Shown here piece after piece: positions 12,000 to 22,881 of a DNA stretch of 64,000 bases. This stretch comes from a bacterium (GTDB lineage: Bacteria; Hinthialibacterota; Hinthialibacteria; Hinthialibacterales; Hinthialibacteraceae). Both the position numbers and the translations under genes were made by a program. A model generated the notes under the pieces. It ran no database searches and was not told the origin of the DNA. It worked only from the letters and a program-made list of their open reading frames with translations. The DNA lies in NCBI GenBank assembly GCA_963663405.2, contig CAXXSM010000122.1, positions 32,001-96,000 of the forward strand, given 5' to 3'. Position 1 is the first letter of the stretch, and each line of letters begins with the position of its first letter.

Positions 12000-12078
12000 G
12001 TAATAAAAAGGGCTGATCTAAGTGAGTACGGAAGGTTAAAAATATTCTCATTTCATGTGAGATTGCGTAATCATGTTC

Positions 12079-12100
12079 GCCCAGCCTTAAAAGGCTGGGC
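12079..12100. repeat. REP-like palindrome CCCAG-N10-CTGGG
   Basis: GCCCAGCCTTAAAAGGCTGGGC; related half copies flank the adjacent IS. Confidence 0.65.
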
Positions 12101-12252
12101 TAGTATCTAATGTCCCTCCGGGATAGAAAAAAGTAGCCCAGGGTTTCAATCCTATCAATTATACACATATTTTTTAGATTTCGCTGACCTCAAACAGCGG
12201 AATTTTTTTTCTCCTCTTGTATAGCATATTATTTATATGCTATACTACTAGC

Positions 12253-12603
12253 ATGACAAAATTATCGGCCTCAAAAATCGCTGCGTTGCGACGGGAACGA
12301 ACGAAATTGCTCAAGGAAATGGCCTCGCTTTCTGGGCTCTTGAAAGGCTCTTACCTTGAGCGGTTTTCCACTTGTTCCCGGTCCACTTGTTCATGCCATC
12401 AAGGCCAACGGCATGGGCCGCGAATCTATGTGGTCGTCACCCGGAACAAGACCCAACGGCAGGTGTATGTGCCCCAAACGCAAGTGGACGCGGTTCAAAA
12501 GGGCATTCAGAACTACCACCGTCTCCAAGAGATCGTGGACCGGATCACTGCCATCAATCTCGAACTCATGCAAGGGAGAGCGCTCGATGAGTCTAACTCA
12601 TGA
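12253..12603 (+). CDS. Small IS-associated protein (DUF6788-like, Cys/His motif)
   Basis: GS...CSRSTCSCHQGQRHGP motif; lies inside the IS and overlaps the transposase start. Confidence 0.7.
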   Translation: MTKLSASKIAALRRERTKLLKEMASLSGLLKGSYLERFSTCSRSTCSCHQGQRHGPRIYVVVTRNKTQRQVYVPQTQVDAVQKGIQNYHRLQEIVDRITAINLELMQGRALDESNS

Positions 12604-14128
12604 GGAATTACTTCACTTGACCAAACAACACACCCACCTCGGACATGAAAAGCAGAATGACTGTGTCGCGCGGCAACTGGAAATGATATTGAATTCGCCC
12701 GGAACCTCTCTTCCTCAAGCCGCCGGCAAGGGGGAGAGTTCCATGGCCAACCTCGCTTCCTTTTACCGCTTCGCCAACAATGAAAAGATTCCGCTCGATT
12801 CCCTCCGGCAAATTCGAGCGCAGACGGTCCTGGACACCGTTCCGGACGGGGGCGATATCATGGTCGTCCATGATATGAGCCCGTTGGACTTCTCCACACA
12901 AAACGCCAAGATGGATCGGCGCCTGATCGGGAATCATCGGGGGATGGGATACGAGTACGTCTGTTGCGCGGCTCTTGATCCGCATTCGGCGGCCTTTCTT
13001 GGAGTGCTGCATGACACGGTGATCAATGAAAATGGCCCGGACGATACCGGGGTGATGAATTACGACTACGAGCGGCTCTTCGAAGGGGGCTCTCCGGACG
13101 AACAACAGGCGCTTCAAGAAAACCACCGCCACCAAATGGCGGTTCACGTCAATGGCCTCTCCTCGCTCTTACAAAACTACCACGTTATCCACGTCGCCGA
13201 TCGGGAATTCGATGATATCTTCGTCATAGATCAATGCCTGATGGCTCACACCGATTTCGTCATTCGCTCCATGGCGAACCGGAATGTGCAAGTCCCCCAC
13301 GCCGAGTGGATTCCTCCGGACGCTTTCACGAACCAACAGGCGGGACATGCTCTCCAACCCGGATGGGTCTGTGTGAATCTGGGACGATTCGTCGAGGCCG
13401 TCCCGCTGCAACCGTATAAGAATCTCCCGTTGGATAAGCGAGGGCGCGTCACGGATCCCGGCCACGCGGCGCGCACGGCCCATTTGTCCATCGGATCGTG
13501 GCCGCTCCGTCTCTACCGGCCCGCCAAACGCAACCACCGCTATTTCCAACTCCCGCATCCGATCCACCTCCACCTAGTCGTCATACGGGAGACCGATCCT
13601 CCCCTCGGAGTGGAACCTCTTCTTTGGGTGCTTTTTACCAGTTTGCCGGTTGCTACCTGGGAACAGTTGCGCTATATCGGGCGCCTGTATGAATTCCGCT
13701 GGAAGATTGAAGATTTCTTCAAATTGCTGAAGTCCGGGTATGGGATCGAAAAACATCGCTTTTGTAATGCCACGAAAACGGCGAAATTGCTCGTGCTACT
13801 GACCATGGCGGCGATGACACTTTTCCATCTGAAGGAGGAACTTGGGTTGCCGTCTGGAGGCTATCTCGATGAACAGGGATACCAAAAACTCAAACACGCT
13901 TCGCGAGACCTTCATAATCCCGATCTCGATCTCCGTTGGCGATTCCTTGCTTACATCGCCAAAGCCGGGGGATGGCTTGGACGGAGAAACGATCCTCTCG
14001 GCCCGACGATTCTCATGAGAGGACTCCTGCAGTTCCTGGCTGTTTTCGATATGCTTTCCCAGCATCAACCTTTAATCCACGAAGCCCTTGAACATCCCGA
14101 AATTCTTCGCATATTAATATGTGTATAA
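12587..14128 (+). CDS. IS4-family (Tn5-like) DDE transposase
   Basis: FYRFANN, VHD, HVADREFD, YEFRWKIEDFFKLLKSG (YREK-like), IAKAGGWLGRRND. Confidence 0.9.
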   Translation: MSLTHEELLHLTKQHTHLGHEKQNDCVARQLEMILNSPGTSLPQAAGKGESSMANLASFYRFANNEKIPLDSLRQIRAQTVLDTVPDGGDIMVVHDMSPLDFSTQNAKMDRRLIGNHRGMGYEYVCCAALDPHSAAFLGVLHDTVINENGPDDTGVMNYDYERLFEGGSPDEQQALQENHRHQMAVHVNGLSSLLQNYHVIHVADREFDDIFVIDQCLMAHTDFVIRSMANRNVQVPHAEWIPPDAFTNQQAGHALQPGWVCVNLGRFVEAVPLQPYKNLPLDKRGRVTDPGHAARTAHLSIGSWPLRLYRPAKRNHRYFQLPHPIHLHLVVIRETDPPLGVEPLLWVLFTSLPVATWEQLRYIGRLYEFRWKIEDFFKLLKSGYGIEKHRFCNATKTAKLLVLLTMAAMTLFHLKEELGLPSGGYLDEQGYQKLKHASRDLHNPDLDLRWRFLAYIAKAGGWLGRRNDPLGPTILMRGLLQFLAVFDMLSQHQPLIHEALEHPEILRILICV

Positions 14129-14260
14129 TTGATAGCCTTTCAAGGCTGGGAGAGCAACCGCATTCTTCCATAAAAACAGATAAAAAGGCAAGGTTTTATT
14201 CTGCCCTTGCGATTTACCGCAATCATTACCAATCAACCAATCCACTAATCGGCGCCAACC

Positions 14261-14614
14261 CTATGCGCTATCCTCTTTCTCATACACCACCGTCACCGTC
14301 GTCCCGATTCCCCCACGCACGTTAAAGACGCCTTCCACCTGCATCCATTGTGGTTCGCACGCCTCGACAAGATCGTCAAGTATTTTATTCGTTACCATCT
14401 CATAAAAAATTCCTTCATTACGGTAGCTGTAAAAATAGTATTTCAGCGCCTTCAATTCCAAACATTTTTTATCCGGGATATACTCAATCCGGATCACACC
14501 AAAATCCGGATTCCCCGTCTTCGGGCAAACCGATGTAAATTCCGGGCACTCGATCGAAATCACATACTGCCGTCCCGGATACGCGTTCTCAAAGGTTTCA
14601 AGAATATCACTCAT
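14261..14614 (-). CDS. queF: 7-cyano-7-deazaguanine reductase
   Basis: CPEFTSVCPKTGNPDFG, ELKALKYY, FNVRGGI. Confidence 0.95.
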   Translation of the reverse strand: MSDILETFENAYPGRQYVISIECPEFTSVCPKTGNPDFGVIRIEYIPDKKCLELKALKYYFYSYRNEGIFYEMVTNKILDDLVEACEPQWMQVEGVFNVRGGIGTTVTVVYEKEDSA

Positions 14615-14632
14615 AATCAATTCCTTTCCTCT

Positions 14633-15751
14633 CTACTGAATCTCCAACAAATCAGCGGATCGCGCCGCCCGATCGGGCAGCGGGGGAAAATTTTCATTCA
14701 CGCCAATCTGATACCAATACGCCGTGCTGCACCAATCATCCGATCGTTCGAAAAGCCCTTGATTCCAGCCGATCTGCTGGCAAGTCAGTTTTTTCAATGA
14801 GCCAAACCGGATCGGATCCATCGTATGAAAACGGTACAGCGAAACGTACGTCGTATTCTCATCCACTTTCTCGTTCAGCGTACAGCCATGATACTGATTC
14901 TGATATTTCCCAAGTCCCCAGGCGGAACAGAAATAATCTTCCGTGCCCGTGCCGCAGAGAGTCGGGAAATCTTCATCATCATTTACGTAAAACTTAAATT
15001 CTCCTTCCCCCCACCAATAGGGCCCCAAGGTCCGTACGCCAATCATCGTCCCAATATACACCCCCGGCGCGTCGACATCGGATAAAATCACATAATCATC
15101 CTTCTCCACCGTAGGATTCTGCCGCCGCCACTGCGCGTGAAATCGGCCCGTATTGTCAGGAAGCGCGGGCAGCAATTCGTAATCAATCTGAAAATACACC
15201 GATCCGATCACGCTTTCGCTGTCATTCTCAACCGTGATTTTCGCCCCGGTTTCAAACGGCATGGGAAAATAACAATTCAATCCACGTCCTTCCGTCACAC
15301 AAACCAACGACGAATTAAGCGGCTTATTGACGCCATGCGCCTGCCCAAAGAAATCCAAAATTGGACATTCCACGCTTGGCGTATCCGAACCATCCCAATA
15401 CATCCGCAAAATCGCGTTCCGGTAATGTTCTTGATTCGGCCGGATCGTCATCCAGATATGCCGGATCACCCCGCAACCTTCAATATCCATCAACACCGCC
15501 GTCTTCCCCGCTTCAAGATTCCGGATGCAGGGAGATCCTTTCCGCCCCTCCAACGCCTGCCCGCCCTGACCGGGCAATCCCTCACGATTCTCCCAAGTAA
15601 TCGCGCGGGTTTCCCCTCCCGTAATCAACGGAAGCGCGCTGATCCCCCCAATATTCGGAGCGAATATAACCGCCCGCCGCTGCGTGAGTTCGCAACCATG
15701 TATGACGATCAACAACAAAGCGAAACCACTAACTAACAAAACTCGTTTCAT
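14633..15751 (-). CDS. DUF2961 / GH172 family lipoprotein-like glycoside hydrolase
   Basis: GCGVIRHIWMT, LRMYWDG..PSVECP..DFFG, WWGEGE, GTGTEDYF, YRFHTMDPIRF, STAYWYQ. Confidence 0.85.
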   Translation of the reverse strand: MKRVLLVSGFALLLIVIHGCELTQRRAVIFAPNIGGISALPLITGGETRAITWENREGLPGQGGQALEGRKGSPCIRNLEAGKTAVLMDIEGCGVIRHIWMTIRPNQEHYRNAILRMYWDGSDTPSVECPILDFFGQAHGVNKPLNSSLVCVTEGRGLNCYFPMPFETGAKITVENDSESVIGSVYFQIDYELLPALPDNTGRFHAQWRRQNPTVEKDDYVILSDVDAPGVYIGTMIGVRTLGPYWWGEGEFKFYVNDDEDFPTLCGTGTEDYFCSAWGLGKYQNQYHGCTLNEKVDENTTYVSLYRFHTMDPIRFGSLKKLTCQQIGWNQGLFERSDDWCSTAYWYQIGVNENFPPLPDRAARSADLLEIQ

Positions 15752-15982
15752 TCCTTCTACCCCCTTTAAGGATAATATCTCTCCATTCATAACGATTCTA
15801 TCGATCATACCTGACTTTTTCGCAAAGAACAGGGAATTCAAATGGCTCCACTCTCGATTCTTTTCTCCAAACCAACCACATCCGGCCATTCACGCCAAGC
15901 GTCTGAACGTGTTCAATATATTGTATATCTTACGGCTCCGACTCACGGTACCGGTACGAATTTTACTTTTTGGAATCCTTGC

Positions 15983-18229
15983 ATGGCCATCTCAACCATA
16001 GATCCACTGGAATTAAAAAAACGCTTAATTAGCGAGCTGAACAAACCACAATTGGAATCCGTCACATACACGGATGGTCCGCTCCTGGTTCTGGCCGGGG
16101 CGGGCAGTGGGAAAACCCGCGTGATCGCCTACCGCATCGCCTATTTAATCGCGGTCAAAAACCTGGCGCCCTGGAATGTGCTGGCGGTCACTTTTACGAA
16201 TAAAGCCGCGCAGGAAATGAAAGAACGAGTTGAATCGATCCTCGGCGCATCGGCGCGCGGCATCTGGATCGGCACGTTTCATTCCATCTGCGCCCGTATG
16301 CTGCGCTACGCCGGACCCAAAATCGGAATTGAATCCACGTTCACCATCTACGACCGCGCCGATCAAAACGCCGCGATCAAACGCGCCATGACGGAACTCA
16401 ACATCAAATCCATCGAACTCAAACCGGCGCTCGCGCTCAATATTATCTCCAAAGCGAAAAGCCGCTTCGAATGGCCCGCTGAGTTCGAAGCCAACGCGCG
16501 GGATGAAAACGATTTCATCGCCGCGAAAATTTATAAAACCTATCAACGAATTCTCCGCGAAAACAACGCTCTCGATTTCGACGATCTCCTAATGGAAACC
16601 GTCCGCCTGCTGATCGACAAACCAGAGATCGCGGATGTATACCGAAAACGGCTGCAATACATCCTCGTCGACGAATACCAGGACACAAACCATCCCCAAT
16701 ACCTCTTCCTCCGCGAATTGGCGAAAGAACGGCGCCAGATCTGCGCTGTCGGTGACGACGATCAATCCATCTACCGGTGGCGTGGAGCCACGATCCGCAA
16801 TATTCTCGAATTTGAAAAAGACTACCCGCAAGTCAAAAAAGTCCGCTTGGAACAGAATTACCGTTCCACAAAAACCATCCTCGCCGCCGCTTCCCATCTC
16901 GTCAAACGCAACAAACAACGGCATGACAAAACCCTTTGGACAAACCGGGAGGAAGGCGAAAAAATCAACGTCATCGAATTACCCGATGAGATGGCGGAAG
17001 CGTACTGGATCTGCGAGGAAATCCAACGATTGCACAACCAGAACCAAATTCCCTACAGTCAATTCGCCGTATTTTACCGGGTCAACGCCCAATCCCGTGT
17101 CTTTGAAGAAGAATGCGTCCGGCGTCAAATGCCCTATCAACTCATCGGCGCCACCGCGTTCTACCAACGGAAAGAAATCAAAGACGTCATCGCGTATTGT
17201 CAACTCTTACTCAATCCCGCGGACGTCGTCGCCTTCCAGCGCATAATCAATGTGCCCCGGAAAAAACTGGGGGAAAAAACCGTCGCGAAACTCCTCGCCT
17301 ACGCCACCCGTATCCACGCGCCCATCCTTTACGCCGCCGTGCGGGTGAACGATCCTCAAAGCGAATCGGATATCCCACCACCCGCCCGCGCCGCATTCGC
17401 CCGTTTCGCCAAGCAATTCGCATTCTGGAAAAAATGCGCGGATGAGTATACGCTCGACAAACTGATCGATGATATTGTCGCGCGATCCGGATACCGGGAA
17501 ATGCTGACCAATGACGAAAAAGATCCCCAAAGCGGCGCCCGGCTGGACAATATCGAAGAACTTATCAACGCCATGGCACAGTTCCACGAAGCGTATAACA
17601 AGGAAGAATCCCCCAAAGCCGACGCGCTGACCGTTTTACAAGCATTTTTGCAGAACGTCTCCCTCGTTTCCGATGTGGATAAATTCAAGGAAGGGGAAGA
17701 CGCCATTATTCTGATGACGCTCCACAGCGCGAAGGGACTCGAATTCCCCTATGTCTACATGACGGGGATGGAAGAAGGTTTATTTCCCCATTTCCGCTCA
17801 CTCGATTCCCCCGCCGAGTTGGAAGAAGAACGCCGGCTCTGCTATGTCGGCATCACACGCGCCATGAAACGGCTTACCCTCACGCACGCCGCTTCCCGCC
17901 GTCTGCACAGCCTCCGAGATAACACCATCCCCAGTACATTTCTAAATGAAATTCCACGGGAATATGTGGAAGAACTCTTCTGGCGCGGCGCGGCGCCGGA
18001 TCCCTACTGGCCACCCGATGAAATGCTCGAAGATGAAACTGAATTCGCTCCCCCGGTCAAACAAGACGCGCCTTTCGACGCGGGAGATATGGTCATCCAC
18101 AGAACCTTCGGTTTCGGCGTAATTTTAGAAGTTCAGGGCCAAGGTGAAAAATCCCGCATCACAGTCGATTTTCAAGAACTTGGTAAAAAAACACTGATCC
18201 AACAATACGCCCGCCTAAAGAAAGTATAA
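15983..18229 (+). CDS. pcrA: ATP-dependent DNA helicase UvrD/PcrA
   Basis: VLAGAGSGKT, TFTNKAA, VDEYQD, VGDDDQSIYRWRGA, LEQNYRS, TLHSAKGLEF, EEERRLCYVGITRA, C-terminal Tudor-like domain. Confidence 0.93.
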   Translation: MAISTIDPLELKKRLISELNKPQLESVTYTDGPLLVLAGAGSGKTRVIAYRIAYLIAVKNLAPWNVLAVTFTNKAAQEMKERVESILGASARGIWIGTFHSICARMLRYAGPKIGIESTFTIYDRADQNAAIKRAMTELNIKSIELKPALALNIISKAKSRFEWPAEFEANARDENDFIAAKIYKTYQRILRENNALDFDDLLMETVRLLIDKPEIADVYRKRLQYILVDEYQDTNHPQYLFLRELAKERRQICAVGDDDQSIYRWRGATIRNILEFEKDYPQVKKVRLEQNYRSTKTILAAASHLVKRNKQRHDKTLWTNREEGEKINVIELPDEMAEAYWICEEIQRLHNQNQIPYSQFAVFYRVNAQSRVFEEECVRRQMPYQLIGATAFYQRKEIKDVIAYCQLLLNPADVVAFQRIINVPRKKLGEKTVAKLLAYATRIHAPILYAAVRVNDPQSESDIPPPARAAFARFAKQFAFWKKCADEYTLDKLIDDIVARSGYREMLTNDEKDPQSGARLDNIEELINAMAQFHEAYNKEESPKADALTVLQAFLQNVSLVSDVDKFKEGEDAIILMTLHSAKGLEFPYVYMTGMEEGLFPHFRSLDSPAELEEERRLCYVGITRAMKRLTLTHAASRRLHSLRDNTIPSTFLNEIPREYVEELFWRGAAPDPYWPPDEMLEDETEFAPPVKQDAPFDAGDMVIHRTFGFGVILEVQGQGEKSRITVDFQELGKKTLIQQYARLKKV

Positions 18230-18269
18230 TGTAACTACACCCTAAACCAATTTAATATCAAAAATAATA

Positions 18270-19409
18270 ATGAAACAAATACATTGTATACGATCACGGC
18301 CTTATCTGGAAATTACGATTCTCGCCACCGGAGTGTTTCTCCTCTATGGCGGTATAGTCTTAATCTCCTCACTATTTACGTTCGAGCCTTCCAGCACTCC
18401 CTTATTCTGGCCTGCGAACGCCATCGTATTAATCATTATGCTCTATTCAACGCCCCAACGCGCCTTAATCTATCTTGGCGCGGCGGGATTGAGCTATTTT
18501 GTCTATTTAATCTTTCACGATGTGTTTGGATTGGGACCATCCTGCTTATTAACCGGGGCCAATCTGATCGAAATCCTGTCGGGCTATCTTTTGATTCTGT
18601 ATTGCGCGGAAAAACCCATTCAATTCAATCGACTTAGGAACACGGTTGAATTAATCGGGTATGGCGTCATTCTCAACTCAATGATTGGAGCCACGGCGGG
18701 AACAATCCTTATGATGTATGTCTGGGAAGCGCCTACAATTATCAACTGGTCAATCTGGTTCGGCACCGCTTCCATTGGTTATCTAATGGTTCTTCCTTTA
18801 ATGATTTCTTGGCTGGCGCCATTTCCAAAAACGTACAACCGGAGAGAAATTATCGAAATTATTCTCATTTTCGCCTTCTGTTTTATCTCTTCAATTCTCA
18901 TTTTCGCCGTCGAAAGAGATAAGCCAATTGTTTATCCTTACCTTATATTTCCCGTTCTCTTGTTATCCGCTTTGCGGTTCGATCTGCGAATCACCTCCAT
19001 CGCTTTTCAAATCTTCATCATTATCGCGTCTATCTGCAGCGCAAACGCGTTGGGCCCGTTCGCCATGGGAGAATACTATCGCGAAATTGTATTAGTGCGT
19101 TTTAACCTTTTCTGTGGAATAACAATCATCACAGTGCTTGTGGTTTCCGCATTGCACGCCGAAAGAGAATTCTTAGTCCATGAACTGCAAGACGCCCTAA
19201 GCCAAATCAAGACACTAAGCGGCTTCATCCCAATCTGTTCCCATTGCAAGAAAATTCGAGATGATTCAGGCTATTGGAATAAACTGGAAACATACATACA
19301 AGAAAACTCAGACGCCCAGCTTTCCCATGGAATCTGCCCGGACTGCGCGAAAAAACATTATCCAGATTATTTCGATTCTAACGATGATAAAAAATCGATT
19401 CTAAGTTAA
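18270..19409 (+). CDS. MASE1-domain membrane protein with C-terminal Cys/His tail
   Basis: FWPANA, ANLIE, about 9 TM helices; tail IPICSHCKKIRDD..LSHGICPDC. Confidence 0.75.
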   Translation: MKQIHCIRSRPYLEITILATGVFLLYGGIVLISSLFTFEPSSTPLFWPANAIVLIIMLYSTPQRALIYLGAAGLSYFVYLIFHDVFGLGPSCLLTGANLIEILSGYLLILYCAEKPIQFNRLRNTVELIGYGVILNSMIGATAGTILMMYVWEAPTIINWSIWFGTASIGYLMVLPLMISWLAPFPKTYNRREIIEIILIFAFCFISSILIFAVERDKPIVYPYLIFPVLLLSALRFDLRITSIAFQIFIIIASICSANALGPFAMGEYYREIVLVRFNLFCGITIITVLVVSALHAEREFLVHELQDALSQIKTLSGFIPICSHCKKIRDDSGYWNKLETYIQENSDAQLSHGICPDCAKKHYPDYFDSNDDKKSILS

Positions 19410-19428
19410 TTCAATACGAATTCAATTC

Positions 19429-20292
19429 ATGACTCGATCCATAGGAGTGATTTATACAAAAATGAATGAAAGAGAAAATACCCTAACAGGAACAATATTT
19501 TTTCTACTCATTGTATGCGCGTCTTCTCTTGCTATGTGTCAGACGCTCGAAACAATCACCGTTCCACTCGAATTGCTGGAAGGAGCGAAGCCCCTGGAAA
19601 TGATCTTGATCCCGAACGGTGAATTTATCATAGGGAGTCCAGAAGACGAACAAGGTCGCTATTCCAATGAAGAACAACATCAGGTGACATTGACGAAATC
19701 ATTCTACCTGGGCCGGTATGAAGTCACTCAAGCCCATTGGTTGGCGGTAATGGAGACCAATCCCTCCGCCTTCACGGAAAGCGTCAATCAACCCGTGGAA
19801 AACGTGTCATGGAATGACTGCCAGGATTACATTCAACAATTAAACGCTCTTGGATTGGGCCGGTTCCGTCTACCAACCGAAGCGGAATGGGAATACGCCG
19901 CCCGCGCAGGAACAACAGGCCGGTATTATTGGGGAGAGGATCCGGACTACACAGCGATCGAACAATACGCATGGTATGAAGCCACGTCTGAAAATCAAAC
20001 GCATGAAGTGCGATTAAAAACACCGAACGCATGGGGCCTGTACGACATCAGCGGCAACATCTGGGAATGGTGCGAAGATCCATTTGATGAGTATCCACAA
20101 GGGCCGCAAATCGATCCGGTTGGAACAACAGGCACATTCCGTGTCTTTCGTGGAGGCAGTTGGAATTATCCACCTGTCGACTGCCGCTGCGCCGTACGCA
20201 ACGCCGGTTCCCCCTACCCACGCCATTACGATATCGGATTTCGCCTTGTCCGTGAGTATGAAACAGCTGTAGAAGATTGGATGGTTCAATAA
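19429..20292 (+). CDS. Formylglycine-generating enzyme (SUMF1/EgtB) domain protein, secreted
   Basis: YEVTQ, PVENVSWND, RLPTEAEWEYAARAG, PNAWGLYDISGNIWEWC, RGGSW, GFRLV. Confidence 0.9.
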   Translation: MTRSIGVIYTKMNERENTLTGTIFFLLIVCASSLAMCQTLETITVPLELLEGAKPLEMILIPNGEFIIGSPEDEQGRYSNEEQHQVTLTKSFYLGRYEVTQAHWLAVMETNPSAFTESVNQPVENVSWNDCQDYIQQLNALGLGRFRLPTEAEWEYAARAGTTGRYYWGEDPDYTAIEQYAWYEATSENQTHEVRLKTPNAWGLYDISGNIWEWCEDPFDEYPQGPQIDPVGTTGTFRVFRGGSWNYPPVDCRCAVRNAGSPYPRHYDIGFRLVREYETAVEDWMVQ

Positions 20293-20331
20293 GGCTGGTT
20301 GAAGATAAAAAACAGATAGCTACTGTTAATC

Positions 20332-22544
20332 CTATTCCTTTAAACAATCTCTCCCATTAGTCAGCCATTCTAATGTAAGTTTAGCGAGTGTGATCTTTCC
20401 GTAGTTATCCCGTTCATAGAGACATCCAATGTGTTTATCAGGAAGTACAGTCAAGCAGGAATAAGCGGAAGAGCCTTCATGAATGATTCTTGAAACCGGC
20501 CAGGTTTCTCCTTCATCATAGCTCAACCGCACTGTCATTTTATCCCGTTTTTCACTGGCGGGATTGGAGAAGAGAAGGCGGTTTTTGCCACGTTCCGCTT
20601 CATTCGTGTATGTTAATATACATGCTTGACAGCGCGGTTCGATCAACGTTTCATCATACGTCAGGTTGGACCAGCTCATCCCTCCATCGCAGCTTATAGA
20701 AATCGCGCGCGTTTTCGCTGGATTCCCACTGGCGCGGCGCATGTTGAGCAGCAGCGATCCCATCACTTCGTTCGGCGACTTGACATTCATTGACACCATC
20801 TTCAGTCACACCGCCCAGTTTCCACGTTTTCCCTCCATCATCCGAGTAGATGACATGAGAATGAGATCCGATCGTGTCTCCAAGGGTTTTATTGTCACAG
20901 GGAATTACAAGCCGGTTCTGAAACGGCGGACGACGCAGTTGAATCCCCACGCCTGGGCCGGTCGCGTACCAGCTCCAATTTTTCCTCTTAGTTGTATCCG
21001 TAATCTCTTTCGGCGCCGCCCATGTGACTCCATCGTCAGCGCTATGGGTAACCCAGACCGTCCGTGATCCTTCACTGGTTCCATCCACGATTTGGCTTTC
21101 TTTGTCGATTCCCAGATTGTGAGTCAACAGCAGCCAAATAATTCCCGTGTTTTGATCGACAACGGGACAGGGATTCCGCACTGTGTTTTCTTTATCATCC
21201 CATACAATCTGTTGCGGACTCCATGTTAGTCCACCATCGGTGGAGCGTTTTCATCAATAAATCGATAATCCCCCGTATCCGACCGGCTCCCTTTCCGCCC
21301 TTCGCAAAAAGCGAGAATCGTTCCTTTCTGTGTGACGATAATGGCGGGAATGCGGTAAGTATGATAACCATCCTGTCCACTGATAAATAGATCCTGCTGT
21401 TCGAAACGCATCGTTTTCACGCGACGATCGAGTTCTTCCAGCGTGAAACGCGCGCTGACGACACAAGGTTTTTCTCCTTCTTTGAGATGACAGTATGTCG
21501 TCGCAACGAAAGTCCCATCGGGTAAAAGTTCCAGCCCGGCGTATCCACAATCCCACCGGTTTTTATTATCCAGCAGCCGCACGCGATACTGCCCTTCCCT
21601 TCCATTGACGATATCCTCATACGTTCCAACCCACGCCACAAAATCCCCCTGAGTGGGAGTCAAATGGGCAGTGTCTCGGAAGACGATCACCAAGCGGCCA
21701 TCCGGGGCGTAACGGATCACATGCCGGTCACCCGTCAACGCGCCGGGCAGTTCGATGGGCTCCGTCCAGGTTGCGCCTTCATCATTAGAAAGAATCAGGA
21801 ACGAATTGAGCGTCCGGCTGTTTTCCCGGAACAACACGGCCAGTTGATTGCCATCCGGAGAGCGGACGATACCCGGCTCGCAGAGATGCGCCTGCGGATG
21901 TTTCGTCACGATATCCGGTTCGCTCCACGTCAAACCTCCATCTTTAGAGAGGATTTTATACACGGTAAACGAAGATCGTTCTCCCCCTTTTTTGAAAAAC
22001 CGTCCATCATCGTGGAACATCGCCATATAGCGCCATCCTTTCAATCGGATCACATCTCCCATCGCGACGATTCCACCAAAATCCCCAATCGGTTTTAACG
22101 ATGTCCAAGTTATTCCATCATCTTCTGATACCGCCATACGGATCGGATATAAACCCGAAAACAGTATTAACCTTTTAACGCCATCTGGATCGATTACGCG
22201 ATGAATTGTGGGCGTTTCCAACGAGGTCGCCCAGTTATCCGGAACGGGCAGGCGTTCAGACCAAGTCAAGCCCCCGTCTTCACTCCGCTTCATGACAATC
22301 GCGCCCCGGCCCGTGTCCTTTGGGGTAAAACAGCGATCATCGTCCGGCCGTCTTCGAGCAGAACCGTCGATGGGTGTCCTAAATATTGGTCAGGCTCACG
22401 GTCGACAATCACCTGCCGGTCTATCTCATGAGAGAGATCAATCAAGGGGATGGAATACCCCCTTTGCTGTTCCTGCGCGAAACTATTCGGACCTGCGTTA
22501 AAAAAACAAAAAAGGAAGGAAATGAGGATGATTCTTCGTTTCAT
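20332..22544 (-). CDS. Exo-alpha-sialidase family protein with two BNR/Asp-box domains (frameshifted)
   Basis: SEDGGLTWS, SEDDGITW, SKDGGLTW, SNDEGATW, then YRIP and SDDGGKTW, SYDEGETW across five ORF pieces. Confidence 0.85.
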
Positions 22545-22720
22545 AATTGAGTTCCTTGTATTCGAATATAATGACTCTCAATTTAACAGTTTTTCTTCAC
22601 GGGCGGGACGCCCCGCGTTTCATCATGGCTCTTCCGGCAAGTGAGTACGTTTCTAAACAATCCATTCAATTTTTATGGGAAATTTTGGAAGCCCAGCGCT
22701 GCTATGCAGGATCCTTATTA

Positions 22721-22806
22721 TCTGAACCTTGATTTTCTTGATTCGCTTGATTTTCTTGATTTTTAAATCATGGTAATTCTATAATCCTGTAGAATCATGG
22801 TTCAGA
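22721..22806. repeat. Imperfect inverted repeat with 9-bp internal periodicity
   Basis: TCTGAACC-TTGATTTTC-TTGATTCGC-TTGATTTTC-TTGATTTTT / AAATCATGG..AATCCTG..GAATCATGG-TTCAGA. Confidence 0.6.
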
Positions 22807-22881
22807 CGATTAAGCCATCCTGAACAAAAATCGCAATTCCCCAAAATGATTTTTTGTACTCAATTGCCGGATGAACCTTCA

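Larger units (their letters stand above)
12152..14135 (+). mobile_element. IS4-family insertion sequence with perfect 20-bp terminal inverted repeats
   Basis: CTATCAATTATACACATATT at 12152-12171 and its reverse complement at 14116-14135. Confidence 0.9.

Noticed and set aside
14615-14640. preQ1 riboswitch before queF
   Set aside because: Only about 18 nt separate queF from the upstream gene and no preQ1 motif is visible.
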